From a candidate division WOR-3 bacterium (GTDB lineage Bacteria > Hydrothermota > Tepidihabitantia > Tepidihabitantales > JAOUPE01), in contig JBDRUX010000058.1 in assembly GCA_039801565.1 (NCBI GenBank), positions 1 through 15,504 on the forward strand: DNA of 15,504 nucleotides, in the 5' to 3' direction. Shown here piece after piece: positions 7,043 through 14,539 of this stretch. The notes under the pieces were generated by a model. That model worked only from the letters and a program-made list of their open reading frames with translations, made no database searches and was not told the DNA's origin. Each line of letters begins with the position of its first letter. Position 1 is the first letter of the stretch. Position numbers and translations under genes: made by a program.

Positions 7043-7969
7043 ATGCAACTGCCGGATAAGTTCTTAAACCGTTACCGCTCAATCATTCCGGATTTTGACC
7101 GATTTATTGAGGCATTGAACCGCCCTCTGAAAACAGTAATAAGACTAAATACCTTAAAAGGCGATAAAGAGGAGATACTATCTTTATTATCTGATTATCA
7201 ATTAGAGCCAATCCCTTGGTATAGTCTTGCCTATCGGATAAAGAACGATATTCATATTGGCAACCGGCTCGAACACTTCTTAGGTTTAGTCTATTCTCAG
7301 GAAGCGGCTTCACTGATTCCACCTTTGGTCTTAGACCCGAAGCCTTATGAGAAGATATTAGATATCGCAGCAGCACCTGGTTCAAAGACGACTCAGATGG
7401 CGTGTATGATGAAAAATACCGGCTTGATTGTTGCCAATGACCCGAGTCGAAAAAGACTTCAACCTTTGATTGCCAATCTTGACCGCTGTGGCACGCTCAA
7501 TGTTGTGGTGACGAATAAAAAAGGTGAAAGACTTGGCGAACTTTTGCCTGGCTTTTTCGACCGGGTCTTGGTTGATGCCCCTTGCTCCGTAGAGGGTATG
7601 ATTCGAAAGAGCAGCAATGCCCTAATTCGTTGGAGCGAATCGAATATTATCCGACTCTCAATGTTACAAAAAGCCCTCTTGGTCTCAGCTTTTCGCACCT
7701 TAAAGCCTGGAGGTGTTTTGGTCTATTCGACTTGCACCATTGCCCCGGAAGAAAATGAAGCGGTGGTCAGTTTCCTTTTAGAGCGCAATGAAAATGCTCA
7801 AATTGAACCGATCAACTTACCTGGTCTTATCACCCGTCCTGGTTTAACCCATTGGCAAAGAAGTCGGTTCCATCCGGATTTGCCAAAAGCAGCCAGAATC
7901 TATCCTCAAGACAACGATACCGAATCGTTCTTCATTGCCAAAATTAGAAAACTAAACTGGGATGTCTGA
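7043..7969 (+). CDS. RsmB/RsmF/NOP2 (NOL1/NOP2/Sun) family RNA cytosine-C5 methyltransferase, catalytic domain only
   Basis: Contains YSQEAAS, LDIAAAPGSKT, FDRVLVDAPCS and LVYSTCTIAPEENE, including both catalytic cysteines. Confidence 0.93.
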   Translation: MQLPDKFLNRYRSIIPDFDRFIEALNRPLKTVIRLNTLKGDKEEILSLLSDYQLEPIPWYSLAYRIKNDIHIGNRLEHFLGLVYSQEAASLIPPLVLDPKPYEKILDIAAAPGSKTTQMACMMKNTGLIVANDPSRKRLQPLIANLDRCGTLNVVVTNKKGERLGELLPGFFDRVLVDAPCSVEGMIRKSSNALIRWSESNIIRLSMLQKALLVSAFRTLKPGGVLVYSTCTIAPEENEAVVSFLLERNENAQIEPINLPGLITRPGLTHWQRSRFHPDLPKAARIYPQDNDTESFFIAKIRKLNWDV

Positions 7970-8429
7970 ACCAATCTTAGAATATCTTAAAAATAATTTC
8001 GGTATCAATTCCGAAATCTTTGAAGACTTGGCAATTTTAAAGATAGGTAATGAAACCTACATAATGAATAAAGATGCGATGAGTTTTAAAAAACTAAAAG
8101 CCTGTCATCGCGGCATAAAATTAGGCATTACCTTTAGCCATTCTTTACGGTTAGCTACTGGTGCAATCCAACTCTTTGGCAAGTTTGCCACCAAAAATAC
8201 AATCCAACTCAACTATGCCGAAGCCTTTATGTTTAGCCAGGGACAAGAATTTGCCCCGAACAATAAACCAAGTGATAATACGGCTGGCTTAGTCCTTGCT
8301 CAATACAAGCAATTTCCAATTGGAATTGGTAGTTATAAAGAAGGTAAATTGAAGAGTATGATTCCCAGGTCCCAGGTCTTGCGTGTGGGGGCGAAAAAGA
8401 GAAGAATTAGATATAAACGGATAGATTGA
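7962..8429 (+). CDS. Putative pre-PUA/PUA-like partner protein (resembles the RsmF C-terminal or NIP7-like domain)
   Basis: Overlaps the MTase stop by 8 bp. Segments GIKLG...AIQLFGKFATKNTIQL...FSQGQE...GLVLAQYKQFPIGIG...LKSMIPR. Confidence 0.65.
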   Translation: MSEPILEYLKNNFGINSEIFEDLAILKIGNETYIMNKDAMSFKKLKACHRGIKLGITFSHSLRLATGAIQLFGKFATKNTIQLNYAEAFMFSQGQEFAPNNKPSDNTAGLVLAQYKQFPIGIGSYKEGKLKSMIPRSQVLRVGAKKRRIRYKRID

Positions 8430-8442
8430 AAAGGAGTAAAAG

Positions 8443-9003
8443 ATGGCTAAATTATGCCCGGTTTGTCGAGTCAATATGGAGCAAATTTATGGAACAGCGG
8501 AGACCGGGCTTTCGGTACATATTGATAAGTGTCCAAAATGCGAAGGCTTCTGGTTTGATAACCAGGAATTATTTATCATTTCTTCTGAGATAGCGAAAAA
8601 ATTTGATGCTGAATTTACTGCGCAAAAAATCCCGGATTCCAAAGACCGCATCTGTCCGAATTGTCAACTGCCTTTAATTCTTTTAAAAGACCCGGAATTA
8701 TCAAAAAGAGTGCAAATTGATATCTGCCCCAAGTGTTTGGGATTATGGTTGGATAAAAGCGAATTTCTTTGTTATAAAGAATATCAAAAAGAAAAGATTG
8801 AAAAATCGAAAAAAGCGGATGCACTCAGAGCCGCCGAAGCTTTAAAAAAACTTGGGCAAACTAAGGAAGCGGATAGTATCTGGCAATTTTTGATGTCAGA
8901 CCCCTATCAAGCGATGGCAGCCGATGAAGGTATTGAGTTTCGAAACGCTCTGAAATCAATCCTGTTGAATATCGTAAGATTTATCTTAGAAAACCCCCGG
9001 TGA
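8443..9003 (+). CDS. Double zf-TFIIB-type zinc-ribbon protein
   Basis: CPVC...IDKCPKCEGFWFDNQE and CPNC...IDICPKCLGLWLDKSE. AAGGAG RBS upstream. Confidence 0.85.
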   Translation: MAKLCPVCRVNMEQIYGTAETGLSVHIDKCPKCEGFWFDNQELFIISSEIAKKFDAEFTAQKIPDSKDRICPNCQLPLILLKDPELSKRVQIDICPKCLGLWLDKSEFLCYKEYQKEKIEKSKKADALRAAEALKKLGQTKEADSIWQFLMSDPYQAMAADEGIEFRNALKSILLNIVRFILENPR

Positions 9004-9080
9004 TTGTCTTTTCTGCTTCTTGCTAACGAGTAAAATTTAACAAATAGGGGAGGAGAAACAATTAAAATTGGTTCGCATCA

Positions 9081-9124
9081 TTGACAATTGGAGAATAACG
9101 GTTAGAATTGAACTTAAAAAGGAG
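9081..9124 (+). promoter_or_regulatory. Sigma70-type promoter plus RBS
   Basis: TTGACA-16 bp-TAGAAT, with AAGGAG at 9119-9124 before ATG 9131. Confidence 0.65.
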
Positions 9125-9130
9125 CAGAAA

Positions 9131-10333
9131 ATGAAACACTGTTTTTTAGCATTGTTTTTCTGGTCAATTGTTTATCCAATGGCTCCCGAGACACTTTGGA
9201 CGAGAACCTATGGGTACGTTAATGATTTTGCCTTATCGGTTGAAGTAACCTCAGACGGTGGCTATGTGGTAACTGGTTATTCCGACCCAAAATATCATGC
9301 CGATTCCTTAGATATTTTTCTATTAAAAGCAGATTCCACTGGTGAACAAAAATGGTTTAAAATTTATAGTTTGCGGGGTTGGGAATGCGGTTACGATGTC
9401 AAAGAGACCCCTGACCATAACTATATCGTCGTTGGCGGTACCCGCTCGGCTACCACCGATGGTTCAGATGTCTACCTTTTTAAAGCCGACACCAATGGTA
9501 AACAACTTTGGACAAGAACTTATGGTGGACCAAAAGACGATCTCGGGACGTCGGTTGATTTGACCTCGGATAGTGGTTTTATTATCGGTGGCCATAGCTA
9601 TTCATTTGGTAGTGGCGCTGATTATTATTTAATTAAAACCGATGCTGAGGGACGGGTAGTTTGGAGTAAACATTATGGCGGTGAGCGCGATGATATCGGC
9701 AAGGCTGTTAGACGAACTTTCGACAATGGCTACATAATGGTTGGCCACAGTAACTCTTTTAGCCCAAGTCCTGATAGTTATGTTATCTATTTGGTCAAAA
9801 CTGATGCCAACGGTGAGACACTCTGGACCAAAACCTATCCCTATCACGAATCACGCTGGCATCACGGCTTTTGGCTCCAGCAGACTGCTGACACTGGTTA
9901 TATCATTGTTGGTAGTGATTGGAAGGGCGATGAAAAGCGGCACGATGTCTTGTTAATTAAAACTGATAAAAACGGTGAATTGATTTGGCAAAAGACTTTA
10001 GGCGATACGAGTAACGAGGTGGCAAAAGGAATCGAGCTAACCAGGGATGGTGGGTATATTATTACTGGTTATATCACCCCTTATGTGATGTTTGGTGGTT
10101 TAGCCTTGCTCTTAAAAACAGACAGTAAAGGCGATATTATTTGGTCAAAAATCTATCCCGGCAATGGTCAATCCTGGAGTTTTTCGGTAAAGCGAACTAA
10201 GGACAATGGTTATATTCTCGCCGGCAAAACCCATCCGGATAACGACATCTTTTTAGTAAAAACCCAAGCGGATTTTGTTCCTAAACTAAAAACGCCAAGA
10301 CGAAGTTCTTGTTTATTGCCATTTTTAAAATAG
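9131..10333 (+). CDS. Secreted beta-propeller repeat protein (about 7 repeats)
   Basis: Signal-peptide-like MKHCFLALFFWSIVYP, followed by repeats of D-x-x-L-x-K-T-D-x-x-G-x-x-x-W-x-K-T-Y and T-x-D-x-G-Y-I-x-x-G. Start set at 9131 from the RBS and promoter. Confidence 0.85.
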   Translation: MKHCFLALFFWSIVYPMAPETLWTRTYGYVNDFALSVEVTSDGGYVVTGYSDPKYHADSLDIFLLKADSTGEQKWFKIYSLRGWECGYDVKETPDHNYIVVGGTRSATTDGSDVYLFKADTNGKQLWTRTYGGPKDDLGTSVDLTSDSGFIIGGHSYSFGSGADYYLIKTDAEGRVVWSKHYGGERDDIGKAVRRTFDNGYIMVGHSNSFSPSPDSYVIYLVKTDANGETLWTKTYPYHESRWHHGFWLQQTADTGYIIVGSDWKGDEKRHDVLLIKTDKNGELIWQKTLGDTSNEVAKGIELTRDGGYIITGYITPYVMFGGLALLLKTDSKGDIIWSKIYPGNGQSWSFSVKRTKDNGYILAGKTHPDNDIFLVKTQADFVPKLKTPRRSSCLLPFLK

Positions 10334-10346
10334 AAATTTACCATAA

Positions 10347-10437
10347 GCACTAACCCCGTTAGCCTTCGCAAAGCCTTCCCTTCTTTGCAAGTCCATAGTA
10401 AAAACTGAACTACGGACAGACTAAACGGGGTTAGTGC
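10347..10437. repeat. Small inverted-repeat element (MITE/REP-like) between convergent genes
   Basis: Perfect 14-bp terminal inverted repeat GCACTAACCCCGTT / AACGGGGTTAGTGC enclosing two internal hairpins. Confidence 0.7.
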
Positions 10438-10442
10438 ACTCA

Positions 10443-12047
10443 TCAATGCATCACAATTACCTTTTTAATTACACTGGTTTGTAGTAATTCGAGACAACAA
10501 AGATAAACCCCGGAACTAATTTCCGAAACATCAAAATCAAATTTATGCTCACCGGCACCAAAGTTACCCGCGATAATTTCCTTAACAAGTTCTCCGTTAA
10601 TATTATAGAGTCTCATTGTTAATTCTGTATTCTTTCTTAATCTAACCTGGGCAAAGCCTTTATTCCTTGCTATATTAGTGACAAAGAAAGTTTCTGGTGA
10701 TAAGATATAATGAAATTCCCTTACTGTATTAGGTTCTGAATATTTAATCGTCAAGAAATCATAATCGTGCGAAGTCGAAGCACTGAAACCAGTGACATAG
10801 ATATTGCCAAGATTATCGGTTAAAATTGCTACTGGTTCGTCAATGCCATTAATACCGCTGTCAAATCGAATTTGCCAAATTGTATCACCATTGTTATTAT
10901 ATTTTAGCGTGAGGTAATCAAACTGACTACCAGCACCTTCACTGGCACCAGTAATATAGACATTACCATAGTTATCAACAGTAATGGCATTGGCTCGGTC
11001 AAAACTATTGCTCGGACCGTCATAGCGTTTTACCCATACCAATTCACCAACATTAGAATATTTTACGGTTGCATAATCATAATAAGTGCCGCTACCCATA
11101 CTATAGCCACAGACATAGACATTACCAAAGGCATCGGTAGCCATCGCTTTTGGAAAGTCATCGTTATTAGCATTGCCATTATAGGTTCTTGTCCATAAAG
11201 TTTCGCCATCAGGCCGATATTTGATTATTCCAAAATCATAACGGGTGACTTGATTCCGTATTTCACCCGCCACATAAATATTACCGAAATTATCCGTGCA
11301 AATGGCGCGGGCATAATCCTGATTGTTAGCGGTCCCGTTATACCGCTTAGCCCAAACCGTTTCGCCTAAAGGACTGTATTTAATCGTTGCATAATCGTAG
11401 CCAGTGCCTGTCCCATAACTGTAACCGGTAACAATTACATTATTCGAATCATCGGTTGTTATTCCGGTTAAGCGGTCAATACCGTTATAGCCGTCGTAAG
11501 TGTTAATCCAGACGAAATCACCAGTGGTCGTATATTTGATTATAATATAATCTTCGCTGGTCGCAGTGCGATTAATTGTGCCGGCAAAATAGAGACTGCC
11601 ATTACGAATGGCGATTTTGGTTGGTTGGTCGACGACTGCCCCATTTATGCTAGGACTTCTGGTCCAAACAGTATCACCATCAGCCGAATATTTTATAATC
11701 AAAAAGTTCCGACTGGGATTGAATACAATTCCACCTACATAAATATAGTTAGAATCATCTATTGCAATATCATAAGCCTTGTCATCAAAATTACCTGAAC
11801 CATTAAATCGTTTGCTCCAAAGTCTCTGTCCGGTTGGTGAATATTTTATGGTCAAAAAATCGTAAGCGGTGCCGTTACCTTGACTATAACCAGTTAGATA
11901 AAGATTTCCTTGGTTATCAAGCACCATTGCGGTTGGGATATCGGTGCTGTCGCCTGAGCCATTCTCACGCCGTGTCCAAACTGTGTCAATTTGGGCAGAT
12001 AGAAAGCCAATAATAATTGTAAGAGCGATTAAAAGATTTTTTGTCAT
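10443..12047 (-). CDS. SBBP-type beta-propeller repeat protein with signal peptide and T9SS/Por-type C-terminal sorting domain
   Basis: Repeats of D-x-x-G-N-x-Y-V-T-G and D-Y/F-x-T-I-K-Y-x-x-x-G-x-x-x-W. C-terminus LYNINGELVKEI...ISSGVYLCCL...KKVIV. Confidence 0.88.
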   Translation of the reverse strand: MTKNLLIALTIIIGFLSAQIDTVWTRRENGSGDSTDIPTAMVLDNQGNLYLTGYSQGNGTAYDFLTIKYSPTGQRLWSKRFNGSGNFDDKAYDIAIDDSNYIYVGGIVFNPSRNFLIIKYSADGDTVWTRSPSINGAVVDQPTKIAIRNGSLYFAGTINRTATSEDYIIIKYTTTGDFVWINTYDGYNGIDRLTGITTDDSNNVIVTGYSYGTGTGYDYATIKYSPLGETVWAKRYNGTANNQDYARAICTDNFGNIYVAGEIRNQVTRYDFGIIKYRPDGETLWTRTYNGNANNDDFPKAMATDAFGNVYVCGYSMGSGTYYDYATVKYSNVGELVWVKRYDGPSNSFDRANAITVDNYGNVYITGASEGAGSQFDYLTLKYNNNGDTIWQIRFDSGINGIDEPVAILTDNLGNIYVTGFSASTSHDYDFLTIKYSEPNTVREFHYILSPETFFVTNIARNKGFAQVRLRKNTELTMRLYNINGELVKEIIAGNFGAGEHKFDFDVSEISSGVYLCCLELLQTSVIKKVIVMH

Positions 12048-12080
12048 AATACCCCTACTTTATTTCCCTCAATTATTATA

Positions 12081-12109
12081 AGTATAACTAAATAATTCGC
12101 TAATGTCAA
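12081..12109 (-). promoter_or_regulatory. Sigma70-type promoter for the SBBP gene
   Basis: Minus strand TTGACA-17 bp-TATACT. Confidence 0.6.
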
Positions 12110-12208
12110 GATTTTGAAAACTTAGAGAGGTCTTTTTAAGTCGTTAACGCAAAAGCGGATTTTTACTGTGAAGGAAGCGTCAGTTGGCTATTACGGATAT
12201 GAAATGAA

Positions 12209-12550
12209 TTATGGTTCGTATTCAGCTGCTGAATCTTCAGTTTCCCATACTACCACTTTTTTCACTGGATACCATTTTTTTAATTCTTTATAAAAATATT
12301 TTGCTAAATTTTCCGCAGTTGGATTGAAATCAAATACTTCATTGAGCAGTTGGTGGTCGGGTAAAATCTTTTTAATATCATTTTTTAGTTCAGTGAAATC
12401 ATAAGTCAAGCCGTTTTTCTTAACTCGTTGACTTTGAACCCAGACCTCAACAACATAATTATGACCATGAACCTTTTCACATTTTCCTTGATAATTTTCA
12501 AGATAATGGGCGGCACTAAATCGCACCCGCACTCTTACTGAATACGGCAT
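12209..12550 (-). CDS. queD: 6-carboxy-5,6,7,8-tetrahydropterin synthase (PTPS/QueD)
   Basis: FSAAH, CEKVHGHNY (C-x3-H-G-H), DH-x-x-LN, PTAEN and VWET motifs. Confidence 0.92.
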   Translation of the reverse strand: MPYSVRVRVRFSAAHYLENYQGKCEKVHGHNYVVEVWVQSQRVKKNGLTYDFTELKNDIKKILPDHQLLNEVFDFNPTAENLAKYFYKELKKWYPVKKVVVWETEDSAAEYEP

Positions 12551-12556
12551 TATGTT

Positions 12557-12584
12557 ATCATAAAGGAAGACAACGAAATGTCAA
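12557..12584 (-). promoter_or_regulatory. Sigma70-type promoter, probably giving a leaderless queD transcript
   Basis: Minus strand TTGACA-16 bp-TATGAT, with ATG 6 nt downstream and no SD sequence. Confidence 0.6.
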
Positions 12585-12653
12585 TTAAATATTGGCTGAG
12601 TCTTGATTAAGACATCAATTTAATTTTGATTACTACACTCTCCCTTTTCGGAA

Positions 12654-12824
12654 TTATCCTTTTTTAATATATTTCTTTTTTGGTGGATTGGTTTTGGGTC
12701 GCTCATTTGTTTCCGGTGCCATCTCCATACAGGAATCGAAATACCGACACTGGGGGCAGCAATCATCACGAAGTTTAACCTTGGCTTGGCAAGCCTCATA
12801 ACCAGTGCAAGCACGACAACACAT
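12654..12824 (-). CDS. Uncalled 56-aa cysteine-rich microprotein, 2x CC-x2-C-x5-C
   Basis: MCCRACTGYEACQAKVKLRDDCCPQCRYFDSCMEMAPETNERPKTNPPKKKYIKKG*. Perfect AAGGAGG SD at 12835-12841, 10 nt before the ATG. Confidence 0.78.
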   Translation of the reverse strand: MCCRACTGYEACQAKVKLRDDCCPQCRYFDSCMEMAPETNERPKTNPPKKKYIKKG

Positions 12825-12878
12825 TTTAAGTATTCCTCCTTTCTTTTAGGTTGCAATTTTGTTTTACCATCAAGGAAT

Positions 12879-13706
12879 TTAAATCTTGTTGCCTAAAAGG
12901 ATTAGCATTTCGCGAATTAAAACCGCTGCAGTTGCAGCATAGGCTAAGGCTGGAGCGGCAAGCGGATTGTATTCAACCAAGTCCGCTCCCACTATCTTAC
13001 ATCGGCTAAGTTTTGTTATTGCGCTAACCAGTTCTGAAAAAGAAAATCCACCCGGTTCGGGTGTTGCAACCGCTGGCATAACGCTAATATCTAAGATGTC
13101 AATATCTAAAGTAATATAGACCGGTGCATCACTTAATTTTCTCACAACATCGTCAATCTGTTGGCTAAGTTGGAAGATATTGTCTTTTTTTTCTGCTTCT
13201 TCTTTTGCCATTGACCGAATCCCAACCTGGAAAAGTCTTTCCGTTCCGACGATCTCACTAACCCGCCGCATTGCAGTAGCATGGCAGATTTTCTCACCTA
13301 AATACTCATCTCGCCAATCAGCATGGGCATCAAATTGGACCACTTTTAGTTCTGGGAAATATTTTTGATGGGCTCGGATGAGTGGGATTGTTATGGTGTG
13401 TTCGCCGCCAATCGCTAAAATTCGCTTTTTCTTTCTTAAATGTCTCTCGGCAATTTGTTGGATTCGTTTCAAACTTGGTTTGGTGGTTGCTATTGGGAAG
13501 ACGATATCACCAGCATCATAAATCTCCAAAGCGGTTAAATCCTTTTTTTGGTATGGGCTATACGACTCAACGTTCTCAAAAGCGTTGCGAATCTGCGCCG
13601 GGGCAAATCGCGAGCCAGGAATATAAGAACTGGTTCGGTCAAATGGAACTCCTACGGTTACGATATCTGCTTTCGGATACGGCGTTGTCGCGAAATAAAA
13701 TGCCAT
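12879..13706 (-). CDS. speB: Agmatinase (ureohydrolase family)
   Basis: GVPFD, GSRFAP, GGEHTIT, QFDAHAD, TLDIDILD, TPEPGG and DLVEYNP motifs. Confidence 0.92.
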   Translation of the reverse strand: MAFYFATTPYPKADIVTVGVPFDRTSSYIPGSRFAPAQIRNAFENVESYSPYQKKDLTALEIYDAGDIVFPIATTKPSLKRIQQIAERHLRKKKRILAIGGEHTITIPLIRAHQKYFPELKVVQFDAHADWRDEYLGEKICHATAMRRVSEIVGTERLFQVGIRSMAKEEAEKKDNIFQLSQQIDDVVRKLSDAPVYITLDIDILDISVMPAVATPEPGGFSFSELVSAITKLSRCKIVGADLVEYNPLAAPALAYAATAAVLIREMLILLGNKI

Positions 13707-13726
13707 TCGTTAATGAAAATTAAGTA

Positions 13727-13754
13727 ATTATAGTTTAATCCAGCACATAGTCAA
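13727..13754 (-). promoter_or_regulatory. Sigma70-type promoter for speB
   Basis: Minus strand TTGACT-16 bp-TATAAT. Confidence 0.65.
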
Positions 13755-13788
13755 CCATCAGTTTTTTCATTACACTTGTATCGTTATA

Positions 13789-13817
13789 TTGACTTTAAGC
13801 GAATTTAATGTTATAAT
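13789..13817 (+). promoter_or_regulatory. Near-consensus sigma70 promoter with extended -10, divergent from the speB promoter
   Basis: TTGACT-17 bp-TATAAT with TG preceding the -10 box, then a GGAGG RBS. Confidence 0.7.
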
Positions 13818-13834
13818 AATTAAGCAGGAGGTTA

Positions 13835-14092
13835 TTGGTGAAGGAACCAGCATATTGTTATATTTCCGGCCTACCTTGGAATGGACGGTTCTTAATTCGA
13901 GAAGGTATCTCGGATTGGTCACCGGTAAAAATTTCCGGATTTTATACCGTATCTTACTATAATACCTATGGCAAAAAGATTTGGGATATCGTAGGAATTT
14001 TACCCAAAGATATTGACCTACTAATTGAATATTATGCCCTAAGACCAAGCCAGATTGTGGAACCGTCAAATAACTCTTTCCTTTCATCTTAA
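13835..14092 (+). CDS. Small hypothetical protein (84-85 aa; start TTG 13835 or GTG 13838)
   Basis: Has a dedicated promoter and AGGAGG RBS. No family recognised. Confidence 0.65.
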   Translation: MVKEPAYCYISGLPWNGRFLIREGISDWSPVKISGFYTVSYYNTYGKKIWDIVGILPKDIDLLIEYYALRPSQIVEPSNNSFLSS

Positions 14093-14539
14093 TAACTGCC
14101 AGGCTTTAGCGACGGCTGCCTTGGGTGTTCGGGCTTTAATTACTGGGAGACTACGATTCCAAGTGCCAATGCCAATTACCGGTTTTTCTAATTTTAAGGC
14201 AAAGGCAATTTCCGAAAGGGTGCCGAGTCCTTTGGCAATCGCAATCAAAACATCGGAGGTGCGAACAATTATTAAATTTCTCATCTCAAGTAAACCAGTG
14301 GTAATTGTAATATCAACATAAGGATTGGCTTCATTCCGATTAAAGCCGGGTAAAATCCCAATTGTTAGGCCACCAGCTTCTTTGGCACCTCGACAGGCTG
14401 CTTCCATCACTCCGCTTAAACCACCACAGACCAAAATGCCATTGCGCTTGCCAATCTCTTTGCCAACCTCAAAAGCGATTCTCGCAATCTCGGGAGATAT
14501 TTGGGATGCGCCGATGACACCAATATACGGTCTATCCAT
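14084..14539 (-). CDS. LOG family protein (TIGR00725-type Rossmann-fold nucleotide-binding protein)
   Basis: IGVIGA, LVCGGLSGVMEAACRGAKEAGGLTIGILPG, RN-x-x-IV and GTLSEIAFAL motifs. Confidence 0.9.
   Translation of the reverse strand: MDRPYIGVIGASQISPEIARIAFEVGKEIGKRNGILVCGGLSGVMEAACRGAKEAGGLTIGILPGFNRNEANPYVDITITTGLLEMRNLIIVRTSDVLIAIAKGLGTLSEIAFALKLEKPVIGIGTWNRSLPVIKARTPKAAVAKAWQLLR

Noticed and set aside
9068..9130. Longer start for the beta-propeller gene
   Set aside because: Overlaps the promoter. The RBS and signal peptide point to ATG 9131.
10347..10437. Possible isolated attC (…CTAAC / GTTAG… ends)
   Set aside because: The outer stem is continuously paired, with no R-L spacer or extrahelical bases. 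It lies between convergent core-type genes rather than cassettes.
12620..12856. 78-aa ORF from the track
   Set aside because: TTG start without an RBS. The overlapping frame 12654-12824 has a perfect SD and a patterned Cys motif.
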